Origin: Eledone cirrhosa
Taxonomy: Eukaryota
Direction of reading: 5' to 3'
Length of the DNA stretch: 64,000 nucleotides
NCBI GenBank assembly: GCA_964016885.1
Contig: OZ024744.1
Coordinates: forward strand, 119,846,001 to 119,910,000
Every line of letters starts with the position of its first letter. Position 1 is the stretch's first letter. This document shows positions 45,675 through 58,470 of this stretch, in pieces. Under the pieces are notes generated by a model. The model did no database searches, was not told where the DNA came from, and was given only the letters and a program-made list of their open reading frames with translations. Made by a program: the position numbers and the translations under genes.

Positions 45675-48600
45675 TCAATTCAGAGATTCTTTCCTGAGAT
45701 ATTCTAACCACATGTCATAGTATCAGAGCTGTGATATCTTAATTTAGAGATACTTTCATGAGATATTCTAACCACATGTCATAGGATCAGAGCTGTGATC
45801 TCTCAATTCAGAGATTCTTTCCTGAGACATTCTAACCATATGTCATAGTATCGGAGCTGTGATCTCTCAATTCAGAGATTCTTTCCTGAGACATTCTAAC
45901 TACATCTCATAGTATTCAGAGCTGTGATATCTCAATTCAGAGATTCTTTCCTGAGACATTCTAACCACATCTCATAATATCAGAGCTGTGATATCTCAAT
46001 TCAGAGATTCTTTCCTGAGATATTCTAACCACATGTCATAGTATCAGAGCTGTGATATCTTAATTTAGAGATACTTTCATGAGATATTCTAACCACATGT
46101 CATAGGATCAGAGCTGTGATCTCTCAATTCAGAGATTCTTTCCTGAGACATTCTAACCACATGTCATAGTATCGGAGCTGTGATCTCTCAATTCAGAGAT
46201 TCTTTCCTGAGACATTCTAACCACATCTCATAGTATTCAGAGCTGTGATATCTCAATTCAGAGATTCTTTCCTGACACATTCTAACCACATGTCATAGTA
46301 TCAGAGCTGTGATCTCTCAATTTAGATATTCTTTCCTGAGATATTCTAACCACATGTCATAGTATTAGAGCTGTGATCTCTCAATTCAGAGATTCTTTCC
46401 TGAGACATTCTAACCACATGTCTGTAGTATCAGAGCTGTATGCTCTCAATTCAGAGATTCTTTCCAGAGACATTCTAACCACATGTCATAGTATCGGAGC
46501 TGTGATCTCTCAATTCAGAGATTCTTTCCTGAGACATTCTAACCACATGTCATAGTATCAGAGCTGTGATATCTCAATTCAGAGATTCTTTCCTGACACA
46601 TTCTAGCCACATGTCATAGTATCAGAGCTGTGATCTCTCAATTTAGATATTCTTTCCTGAGATATTCTAACCACATGTCATAGTATTAGAGCTGTGATCT
46701 CTCAATTCAGAGATTCTTTCCTGAGACATTCTAACCACATGTCTGTAGTATCAGAGCTGTATGCTCTCAATTCAGAGATTCTTTCCTGAGACATTCTAAC
46801 CACATGTCATAGTATCGGAGCTGTGATCTCTCAATTCAGAGATTCTTTCCTGAGATATTCTAACCACATGTCATAGTATCAGAGCTGTGATATCACAATT
46901 CAGAGATTCTTTCCTGAGATATTCTAACCACATGTCATAGTTACAGAGCTGTGATCTCTCTATTCAGAGATTCTTTCTTGAGACATTCTAACTCCATGTC
47001 CACAGTATCAGAGCTGTGATCTCTCAATTTAGAGATTCTTTCCTGAGATATTCTAACTACATGTCATAGTATCAGAGCTGTGATCTCTCAATTTAGAGAT
47101 TCTTTCAAGAGATATTCTAACCACATGTCATAGTATCAGAGCTGTGATCTCTCAATTCAGAGATTCTTTCCTGAGACATTCTAACCACATGTAATAGTAT
47201 TAGATCTGTGATCTCTCAATTTAGAGATTCTTTCCTGAGACATTCTAACTCCATGTCCACAGTATCAGAGCTGTGATCTCTCAATTTAGAGATTCTTTCC
47301 TGAGATATTCTAACCACATGCCATAGTATTAGAGATGTGATCTCTCAATTCAGAGATTCTTTCCTGAGACATTCTAACCACATGTCATAGTATCTGAGCT
47401 GTTATCTCTCAATTCAGAGATTCTTTCCTGAGACATTCTAACCACATGTCATAGTATCAGAGCTGTGATCTCTCAATTCAGAGATTCTTTCCTGAGACAT
47501 TCTAACCACATGTAATAGTATTAGATCTGTGATCTCTCAATTTAGAGATTCTTTCCTGAGATATTCTAACCACATGTCATAGTATCAGAGTTGTGATCTC
47601 TCAATTCAGAGATTCTTTCATGGGATATAGAATATATCACATGTCATATTATCAGAGCTGTGATCTCTCAATTCAGAGATTCTTTCATGGGATATAGAAT
47701 ATATCACATGTCATATTATCAGAGCTGTGATCTCTCAATTCAGACATTCTTTCCTGAGATATTCTAACCACATGTCATATTATCAGAGTTGCGATCTCTC
47801 AATTCAGTGATTCTTTCATGGGATATAGAATATATCACATGTCATATTATCAGAGCTGTGATCTCTCAATTCAGAGATTCTTTCATGGGATATAGAATAT
47901 ATCACATGTCATATTATCAGAGCTGTGATCTCTCAATTCAGATATTCTTTCCTGAGATATTCTAACCACATGTCATATTATCAGAGTTGTGATCTCTCAA
48001 TTCAGTGATTCTTTCCTGAGATATTCTAACCAAATGTCATAGTATCAGATCTGTGATATCTCAATTCAGAGATTCTTTCCTGAGACATTCTTACCACATG
48101 TCATAGTATCAGAGCTGTGATCTCTCAATTTAGATATTCTTTCCTGAGATATTATAACCACATGTCATAGTATCAGAGCTGTGATCTCTCAATTCAGAGA
48201 TTCTTTCCTGAGACATTCTAAGCTCGTCATAGTATCAGAGCTGTGATATCTCAATTCAGAGATTCTTTCCTGAGACATTCTAACCACATGTCATAGTATC
48301 AGAGCTGTGATCTCTCAATTTAGATCTTCTTTCCTGAGATATTCTAACCACATGTCATAGTATTTGAGCTGTGATCTTTGAATTCAGAGATTCTTCCCTG
48401 AGACATTCTAATCACATGTCTGTAGTATCAGAGCTGTATGCTCTCAATTCAGAGATTCTTTCCAGAGACATTCTAACCACATGTCATAGTATCGGAGCTG
48501 TGATCTCTCAATTCAGAGATTCTTTCCTGACACATTCTAACCACATATCATAGTATCAGAGCTGTGATATCTCAATTCAGAGTTTCTTTCCTGACACATT

Positions 48601-51600
48601 CTAGCCACATGTCATAGTATCAGAGCTGTGATCTCTCAATTTAGATATTCTTTCCTGAGATATTCTAACCACATACCATAATATTAGAGATGTGATCTCT
48701 CAATTCAGAGATTCTTTCCTGAGACATTCTAACCACATGTCATAGTATCTGAGCTGTTATCTCTCAATTCAGAGATTCTTTCCTGAGACATTCTAACCAC
48801 ATGGCATAGTATCAGAGCTGTGATATCACAATTCAGAGATTCTTTCCTGAGATATTCTAACCACATGTCATAGTTACAGAGCTGTGATCTCTCTATTCAG
48901 AGATTCTTTCTTGAGACATTCTAACTCCATGTCCACAGTATCAGAGCTGTGATCTCTCAATTTAGAGATTCTTTCCTGAGATATTCTAACTACATGTCAT
49001 AGTATCAGAGCTGTGATCTCTCAATTTAGAGATTCTTTCAAGAGATATTCTAACCACATGTCATAGTATCAGAGCTGTGATCTCTCAATTCAGAGATTCT
49101 TTCCTGAGACATTCTAACCACATGTAATAGTATTAGATCTGTGATCTCTCAATTTAGAGATTCTTTCCTGAGACATTCTAACTCCATGTCCACAGTATCA
49201 GAGCTGTGATCTCTCAATTTAGAGATTCTTTCCTGAGATATTCTAACCACATGCCATAGTATTAGAGATGTGATCTCTCAATTCAGAGATTCTTTCCTGA
49301 GACATTCTAACCACATGTCATAGTATCTGAGCTGTTATCTCTCAATTCAGAGATTCTTTCCTGAGACATTCTAACCACATGTCTGTTGTATCAGAGCTGT
49401 ATGCTCTCAATTCAGAGATTCTTTCCTGAGACATTCTAACCACATGTCATAGTATCGGAGCTGTTATCTCTCAATTCAGAGATTCTTTCCTGAGATATTG
49501 TAACCACATGTCATAGTATCAGAGCTGTGATCTCTCAATTCAGAGATTCTTTCCTGAGACATTCTAACCACATGTCATAGTATCGGAGCTGTTATCTCTC
49601 AATTCAGAGATTCTTTCCTGAGATATTGTAACCACATGTCATAGTATCAGAACTGTGATCTCTCAATTCAGAGATTCTATGCTGAGACATTCTAACCACA
49701 TGTTATAGTATCAGAGCTGTGATCTCTCAATTTAGAGATTCTTTCATGAGATATTCTAACCTCATGTCATATTATCAGAGCTGTGATCTCTCAGTTCAGA
49801 GATTCTTTCCTGAGACATTCTAGCCACGTGATAGTATCAGAGCTGTGATATCTCAATTCAGAGATTCTTTCCTGAGACATTCTAACCACATCTCATAATA
49901 TCAGAGCTGTGAAGTCTCAATTCAGAGATTCTTTCCTGAGATATTCTAACCACATGTCATAGTATCAGATCTGTGATCTCTCAATTCAGAGATTCTTTCC
50001 TGAGACATTCTAACCACATCTCATAATATCAGAGCTCTGATCTCTCAATTCAGAGATTCTTTCCTGAGATATTCTAACCACATGTCATAGTATCAGAGCT
50101 GTGATATCTCAATTCAGAGATTCTTTCCTGAGATATTCTAACCACATGTCATAGTATCAGAGCTGTGATATCTTAATTTAGAGATACTTTCATGAGATAT
50201 TCTAACCACATGTCATAGGATCAGAGCTGTGATCTCTCAATTCAGAGATTCTTTCCTGAGACATTCTAACCACATGTCATAGTATCGGAGCTGTGATCTC
50301 TCAATTCAGAGATTCTTTCCTGAGACATTCTAACTACATCTCATAGTATTCAGAGCTGTGATATCTCAATTCAGAGATTCTTTCCTGAGACATTCTAACC
50401 ACATCTCATAATATCAGAGCTGTGATATCTCAATTCAGAGATTCTTTCATGAGATATTCTAACCACATGTCATAGTATCAGAGCTGTGATATCTTAATTT
50501 AGAGATACTTTCATGAGATATTCTAACCACATGTCATAGGATCAGAGCTGTGATCTCTCAATTCAGAGATTCTTTCCTGAGACATTCTAACCACATGTCA
50601 TAGTATCGGAGCTGTGATCTCTCAATTCAGAGATTCTTTCCTGAGACATTCTAACCACATCTCATAGTATTCAGAGCTGTGATATCTCAATTCAGAGATT
50701 CTTTCCTGACACATTCTAACCACATGTCATAGTATCAGAGCTGTGATCTCTCAATTTAGATATTCTTTCCTGAGATATTCTAACCACATGTCATAGTATT
50801 AGAGCTGTGATCTCTCAATTCAGAGATTCTTTCCTGAGACATTCTAACCACATGTCTGTAGTATCAGAGCTGTATGCTCTCAATTCAGAGATTCTTTCCA
50901 GAGACATTCTAACCACATGTCATAATATCGGAGCTGTGATCTCTCAATTCAGAGATTCTTTCCTGAGACATTCTAACCACATGTCATAGTATCAGAGCTG
51001 TGATATCTCAATTCAGAGATTCTTTCCTGACACATTCTAGCCACATGTCATAGTATCAGAGCTGTGATCTCTCAATTTAGATATTCTTTCCTGAGATATT
51101 CTAACCACATGTCATAGTATTAGAGCTGTGATCTCTCAATTCAGAGATTCTTTCCTGAGACATTCTAACCACATGTCTGTAGTATCAGAGCTGTATGCTC
51201 TCAATTCAGAGATTCTTTCCTGAGACATTCTAACCACATGTCATAGTATCGGAGCTGTGATCTCTCAATTCAGAGATTCTTTCCTGAGATATTCTAACCA
51301 CATGTCATAGTATCAGAGCTGTGATATCACAATTCAGAGATTCTTTCCTGAGATATTCTAACCACATGTCATAGTTACAGAGCTGTGATCTCTCTATTCA
51401 GAGATTCTTTCTTGAGACATTCTAACTCCATGTCCACAGTATCAGAGCTGTGATCTCTCAATTTAGAGATTCTTTCCTGAGATATTCTAACTACATGTCA
51501 TAGTATCAGAGCTGTGATCTCTCAATTTAGAGATTCTTTCAAGAGATATTCTAACCACATGTCATAGTATCAGAGCTGTGATCTCTCAATTCAGAGATTC

Positions 51601-53817
51601 TTTCCTGAGACATTCTAACCACATGTAATAGTATTAGATCTGTGATCTCTCAATTTAGAGATTCTTTCCTGAGACATTCTAACTCCATGTCCACAGTATC
51701 AGAGCTGTGATCTCTCAATTTAGAGATTCTTTCCTGAGATATTCTAACCACATGCCATAGTATTAGAGATGTGATCTCTCAATTCAGAGATTCTTTCCTG
51801 AGACATTCTAACCACATGTCATAGTATCTGAGCTGTTATCTCTCAATTCAGAGATTCTTTCCTGAGACATTCTAACCACATGTCATAATATCAGAGCTGT
51901 GATCTCTCAATTCAGAGATTCTTTCCTGAGACATTCTATCCACATGTAATAGTATTAGATCTGTGATCTCTCAATTTAGAGATTCTTTCCTGAGATATTC
52001 TAACCACATGTCATAGTATCAGAGTTGTGATCTCTCAATTCAGAGATTCTTTCATGGGATATAGAATATATCACATGTCATATTATCAGAGCTGTGATCT
52101 CTCAATTCAGAGATTCTTTCATGGGATATAGAATATATCACATGTCATATTATCAGAGCTGTGATCTCTCAATTCAGACATTCTTTCCTGAGATATTCTA
52201 ACCACATGTCATATTATCAGAGTTGTGATCTCTCAATTCAGTGATTCTTTCATGGGATATAGAATATATCACATGTCATATTATCAGAGCTGTGATCTCT
52301 CAATTCAGAGATTCTTTCATGGGATATAGAATATATCACATGTCATATTATCAGAGCTGTCATCTCTCAATTCAGATATTCTTTCCTGAGATATTCTAAC
52401 AACATGTCATATTATCAGAGTTGTGATCTCTCAATTCAGTGATTCTTTCCTGAGATATTCTAACCAAATGTCATAGTATCAGATCTGTGATATCTCAATT
52501 CAGAGATTCTTTCCTGAGACATTCTTACCACATGTCATAGTATCAGAGCTGTGATCTCTCAATTTAGATATTCTTTCCTGAGATATTATAACCACATGTC
52601 ATAGTATCAGAGCTGTGATCTCTCAATTCAGAGATTCTTTCCTGAGACATTCTAAGCTCGTCATAGTATCAGAGCTGTGATATCTCAATTCAGAGATTCT
52701 TTCCTGAGACATTCTAACCACATGTCATAGTATCAGAGCTGTGATCTCTCAATTTAGATCTTCTTTCCTGAGATATTCTAACCACATGTCATAGTATTTG
52801 AGCTGTGATCTTTGAATTCAGAGATTCTTCCCTGAGACATTCTAATCACATGTCTGTAGTATCAGAGCTGTATGCTCTCAATTCAGAGATTCTTTCCAGA
52901 GACATTCTAACCACATGTCATAGTATCGGAGCTGTGATCTCTCAATTCAGAGATTCTTTCCTGACACATTCTAACCACATATCATAGTATCAGAGCTGTG
53001 ATATCTCAATTCAGAGTTTCTTTCCTGACACATTCTAGCCACATGTCATAGTATCAGAGCTGTGATCTCTCAATTTAGATATTCTTTCCTGAGATATTCT
53101 AACCACATACCATAATATTAGAGATGTGATCTCTCAATTCAGAGATTCTTTCCTGAGACATTCTAACCACATGTCATAGTATCTGAGCTGTTATCTCTCA
53201 ATTCAGAGATTCTTTCCTGAGACATTCTAACCACATGGCATAGTATCAGAGCTGTGATATCACAATTCAGAGATTCTTTCCTGAGATATTCTAACCACAT
53301 GTCATAGTTACAGAGCTGTGATCTCTCTATTCAGAGATTCTTTCTTGAGACATTCTAACTCCATGTCCACAGTATCAGAGCTGTGATCTCTCAATTTAGA
53401 GATTCTTTCCTGAGATATTCTAACTACATGTCATAGTATCAGAGCTGTGATCTCTCAATTTAGAGATTCTTTCAAGAGATATTCTAACCACATGTCATAG
53501 TATCAGAGCTGTGTTCTCTCAATTCAGAGATTCTTTCCTGAGACATTCTAACCACATGTAATAGTATTAGATCTGTGATCTCTCAATTTAGAGATTCTTT
53601 CCTGAGACATTCTAACTCCATGTCCACAGTATCAGAGCTGTGATCTCTCAATTTAGAGATTCTTTCCTGAGATATTCTAACCACATGCCATAGTATTAGA
53701 GATGTGATCTCTCAATTCAGAGATTCTTTCCTGAGACATTCTAACCACATGTCATAGTATCTGAGCTGTTATCTCTCAATTCAGAGATTCTTTCCTGAGA
53801 CATTCTAACCACATGTC
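45675..53817 (+). repeat. About 3.7-kb block repeated at offset 4434 bp (45675-49383 and 50109-53817)
   Basis: 67-bp variant at 47624/52058, GAATTC at 48380/52814, and ORF-track hits at 46373/50807 and 48371/52805 all differ by 4434. Confidence 0.85.
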
Positions 53818-55250
53818 ATAGTATCAGAGCTGTGATCTCTCAATTCAGAGATTCTTTCCTGAGACATTCTAACCACATGTAATAGTATTAGATCTGTGAT
53901 CTCTCAATTTAGAGATTCTTTCCTGAGATATTCTAACCACATGTCATAGTATCAGAGTTGTGATCTCTCAATTCAGAGATTCTTTCATGGGATATAGAAT
54001 ATATCACATGTCATATTATCAGAGCTGTGATCTCTCAATTCAGAGATTCTTTCATGGGATATAGAATATATCACATGTCATATTATCAGAGCTGTGATCT
54101 CTCAATTCAGATATTCTTTCCTGAGATATTCTAACCACATGTCATATTATCAGAGTTGTGATCTCTCAATTCAGTGATTCTTTCATGGGATATAGAATAT
54201 ATCACATGTCATATTATCAGAGCTGTGATCTCTCAATTCAGAGATTCTTTCATGGGATATAGAATATATCACATGTCATATTATCAGAGCTGTGATCTCT
54301 CAATTCAGATATTCTTTCCTGAGATATTCTAACCACATGTCATATTATCAGAGTTGTGATCTCTCAATTCAGTGATTCTTTCCTGAGACATTCTAAGCTC
54401 GTCATAGTATCAGAGCTGTGATATCTCAATTCAGAGATTCTTTCCTGAGACATTCTTACCACATGTCATAGTATCAGAGCTGTGATCTCTCAATTTAGAT
54501 ATTCTTTCCTGAGATATTATAACCACATGTCATAGTATCAGAGCTGTGATCTCTCAATTTAGATATTCTTTCCTGAGATATTATAACCACATGTCATAGT
54601 ATCAGAGCTGTGATCTCTCAATTCAGAGATTCTTTCCTGAGACATTCTAAGCTCGTCATAGTATCAGAGCTGTGATATCTCAATTCAGAGATTCTTTCCT
54701 GAGACATTCTAACCACATGTCATAGTATCAGAGCTGTGATCTCTCAATTTAGATCTTCTTTCCTGAGATATTCTAACCACATGTCATAGTATTTGAGCTG
54801 TGATCTTTGAATTCAGAGATTCTTCCCTGAGACATTCTAATCACATGTCTGTACTATCAGAGCTGTATGCTCTCAATTCAGAGATTCTTTCCAGAGACAT
54901 TCTAACCACATGTCATAGTATCGGAGCTGTGATCTCTCAATTCAGAGATTCTTTCCTGACACATTCTAACCACATATCATAGTATCAGAGCTGTGATATC
55001 TCAATTCAGAGTTTCTTTCCTGACACATTCTAGCCACATGTCATAGTATCAGAGCTGTGATCTCTCAATTTAGATATTCTTTCCTGAGATATTCTAACCA
55101 CATACCATAATATTAGAGATGTGATCTCTCAATTCAGAGATTCTTTCCTGAGACATTCTAACCACATGTCATAGTATCTGAGCTGTTATCTCTCAATTCA
55201 GAGATTCTTTCTTGAGACATTCTAACCACATGGCATAGTATCAGAGCTGT
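51310..55250 (+). repeat. 30-monomer higher-order unit (1933 bp), about 2 tandem copies, second with one extra monomer
   Basis: 67-bp variant at 52058/53991 (1933). Later markers shift by 1995 (GAATTC 52814/54809) after a local gain of 62 bp. The same 1933 offset appears for tatcacaa at 46891/48824. Confidence 0.8.
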
Positions 55251-57559
55251 GATATCTCAATTCTGAGATTCTTTCCTGAGATATTCTAACCACATGTCAT
55301 AGTATCAGAGCTGTGATCTCTCAATTCAGATATTCTTTCCTGAGACATTCTAACCACATGTCATAGGATCAGATTTGTGACCTCTCAATTCAGAGATTCT
55401 TTCCTGAGACATTCTAACCACATGTCTGTAGTATCAGAGCTGTATGCTCTCAATTCAGAGATTCTTTCCTGAGACATTCTAACCACATGTCATAGGATCA
55501 GATTTGTGACCTCTCAATTCAGAGATTCTTTCCTGAGACATTCTAACCACATGTCTGTAGTATCAGAGCTGTATGCTCTCAATTCAGAGATTCTTTCCTG
55601 AGACATTCTAACCACATGGCATAGTATCAGAGCTGTGATATCTCAATTCAGAGATTCTTTCCTGAGATATTCTAACCACATGTCATAGTATCAGAGCTGT
55701 GATCTCTCAATTCAGATATTCTTTCCTGAGACATTCTAACCACATGTCATAGGATCAGAGTTGTGATCTCTCAATTCAGAGATTCTTTCCTGAGATATTC
55801 TAACCACATGTCATAGTATCAGAGCTGTGATATCTCAATTCAGAGATTCTTTCCTGACACGTTCTAACCACATGTCATAGTATCAGAGCTGTGATCTCTC
55901 AATTTAGATATTCTTTCCTGAGATATTCTAACCACATGTCATAGTCTTAGAGCTATTATCTCTCAATTCAGAGATTCTTTCCTGAGACATTCTAATCACA
56001 TGTCTGTAGTATCAGAGCTGTATGCTCTCAATTCAGAGATTCTTTCCAGAGACATTCTAACCACATGTCATAGTATCGGAGCTGTGATCTCTCAATTCAG
56101 AGATTCTTTCCTGAGACATTCTAACCACATGTCATAGTGTCAGAGCTGTGATATCTCAATTCAGAGTTTCTTTCCTGACACATTCTAACCACATGTCATA
56201 GTATCAGAGCTGTGATCTCTCAATTTAGATATTCTTTCCTGAGATATTCTAACCACATGTCATAGTATTAGAGCTGTGATCCCTCAATTCAGAGATTCTT
56301 TCCTGAGACATTCTAACCACATGTCTGTAGTATCAGAGCTGTATGCTCTCAATTCAGAGATTCTTTCCTGAGACATTCTAACCACATGTCATAGTATCGG
56401 AGCTGTGATCTCTCAATTCAGAGATTCTTTCCTGAGATATTCTAACCACATGTCATAGTATCAGAGCTGTGATATCTCAATTCAGAGATTCTTTCCTGAG
56501 ATATTCTAACCACATGTCATAGTTACAGAGCTGTGATCTCTCTATTCAGAGATTCTTTCTTGAGACATTCTAACTCCATGTCCACAGTATCAGAGCTGTG
56601 ATCTCTCAATTTAGAGATTCTTTCCTGAGATATTCTAACTACATGTCATAGTATCAGAGCTGTGATCTCTCAATTTAGAAGTTCTTTCAAGAGATATTCT
56701 AACCACATGTCATAGTATCAGAGCTGTGATCTCTCAATTCAGAGATTCTTTCCTGAGACATTCTAACCACATGTAATAGTATTAGATCTGTGATCTCTCA
56801 ATTTAGAGATTCTTTCCTGAGACATTCTAAGTCCATGTCGACATTATCAGAGCTGTGATCTCTCAATTTAGAGATTCTTTCCTGAGATATTCTAACCACA
56901 TGCCATAGTATTAGAGATGTGATCTCTCAATTCAGAGATTCTTTCCTGAGACATTCTAACCACATGTCATAGTATCTGAGCTGTTATCTCTCAATTCAGA
57001 GATTCTTTCCTGAGACATTCTAACCACATGGCATAGTATCAGAGCGGTGATATCTCAATTCAGAGATTCTTTCCTGAGATATTCTAACCACATGTCATAG
57101 TATCAGAGCTGTGATCTCTCAATTCAGATATTCTTTCCTGAGACATTCTAACCACATGTCATAGGATCAGACTTGTGATCTCTCAATTCAGAGATTCTTT
57201 CCTGAGATATTCTAACCACATGTCATAGTATCAGAGCTGTGACCTCTCAATTCAGAGATTCTTTCCTGAGACATTCTAACCACATGTCTGTAGTATCAGA
57301 GCTGTATGCTCTCAATTCAGAGATTCTTTCCTGAGACATTCTAACCACATGTCATAATATCAGAGCTGTTATCTCTCAATTCAGAGATTCTTTCCTGAGA
57401 CATTCTAACCACATGGCATAGTATCAGAGCTGTGATATCTCAATTGAGAGATTCTTTCCTGAGATATTCTAACCACATGTCATAGTATCAGAGCTGTGAT
57501 CTCTCAATTCAGATATTCTTTCCTGAGACATTCTAACCACATGTCATAGGATCAGAGTT

Positions 57560-58470
57560 GTGATCTCTCAATTCAGAGATTCTTTCCTGAGATTTTCTAA
57601 CCACATGTCATAGTATTAGAGCTGTGATCTCTCAATTCCGAGATTCTTTCCTGAGACATTCTAACCACATGTCTGTAGTATCAGAGCTGTATGCTCTCAA
57701 TTCAGAGATTCTTTCCAGAGACATTCTAACCACATGTCATAGTATCGGAGCTGTGATCTCTCAATTCAGAGATTCTTTCCTGAGACATTCTAACCACATG
57801 TCATAGTATCAGAGCTGTGATATCTCAATTCAGAGATTCTTTCCTGACACATTCTAACCACAAGTCATAGTATCAGAGCTGTGATCTCTCAATTTAGATA
57901 TTCTTTCGTGAGATATTCTAACCACATGTCATAGTATTAGAGCTGTGATCTCTCAATTCAGAGATTCTTTCCTGAGACTTTCTAACCACATGTCTGTAGT
58001 ATCAGAGCTGTATGCTCTCAATTCAGAGATTCTTTCCAGAGACATTCTAACCACATGTCATAGTATCGGAGCTGTGATCTCTCAATTCAGAGATTCTTTC
58101 CTGAGACATTCTAACCACATGTCATAGTATCAGAGCTGTGATATCTCAATTCAGAGATTCTTTCCTGACACATTCTAGCCACATGTCATAGTATCAGAGC
58201 TGTGATCTCTCAATTTAGATATTCTTTCCTGAGATATTCTAACCACATGTCATAGTATTAGAGCTGTGATCTCTCAATTCAGAGATTCTTTCCTGAGACA
58301 TTCTAACCACATGTCTGTAGTATCAGAGCTGTATGCTCTCAATTCAGAGATTCTTTCCTGAGACATTCTAACCACATGTCATAGTATCGGAGCTGTGATC
58401 ACTCAATTCAGAGATTCTTTCCTGAGATATTCTAACCACATGTCATAGTATCAGAGCTGTGATATCACAA
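57560..58470 (+). repeat. 5-monomer higher-order unit (321 bp), about 3 tandem copies
   Basis: ORF-track hits at 57624/57945, with a third copy at about 58266. Monomer order: tattagag / tctgtag..gtatgctc / atcggag / gatatctc..ctgacac / tttagatatt. The same unit is doubled at 38920/39241. Confidence 0.8.
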
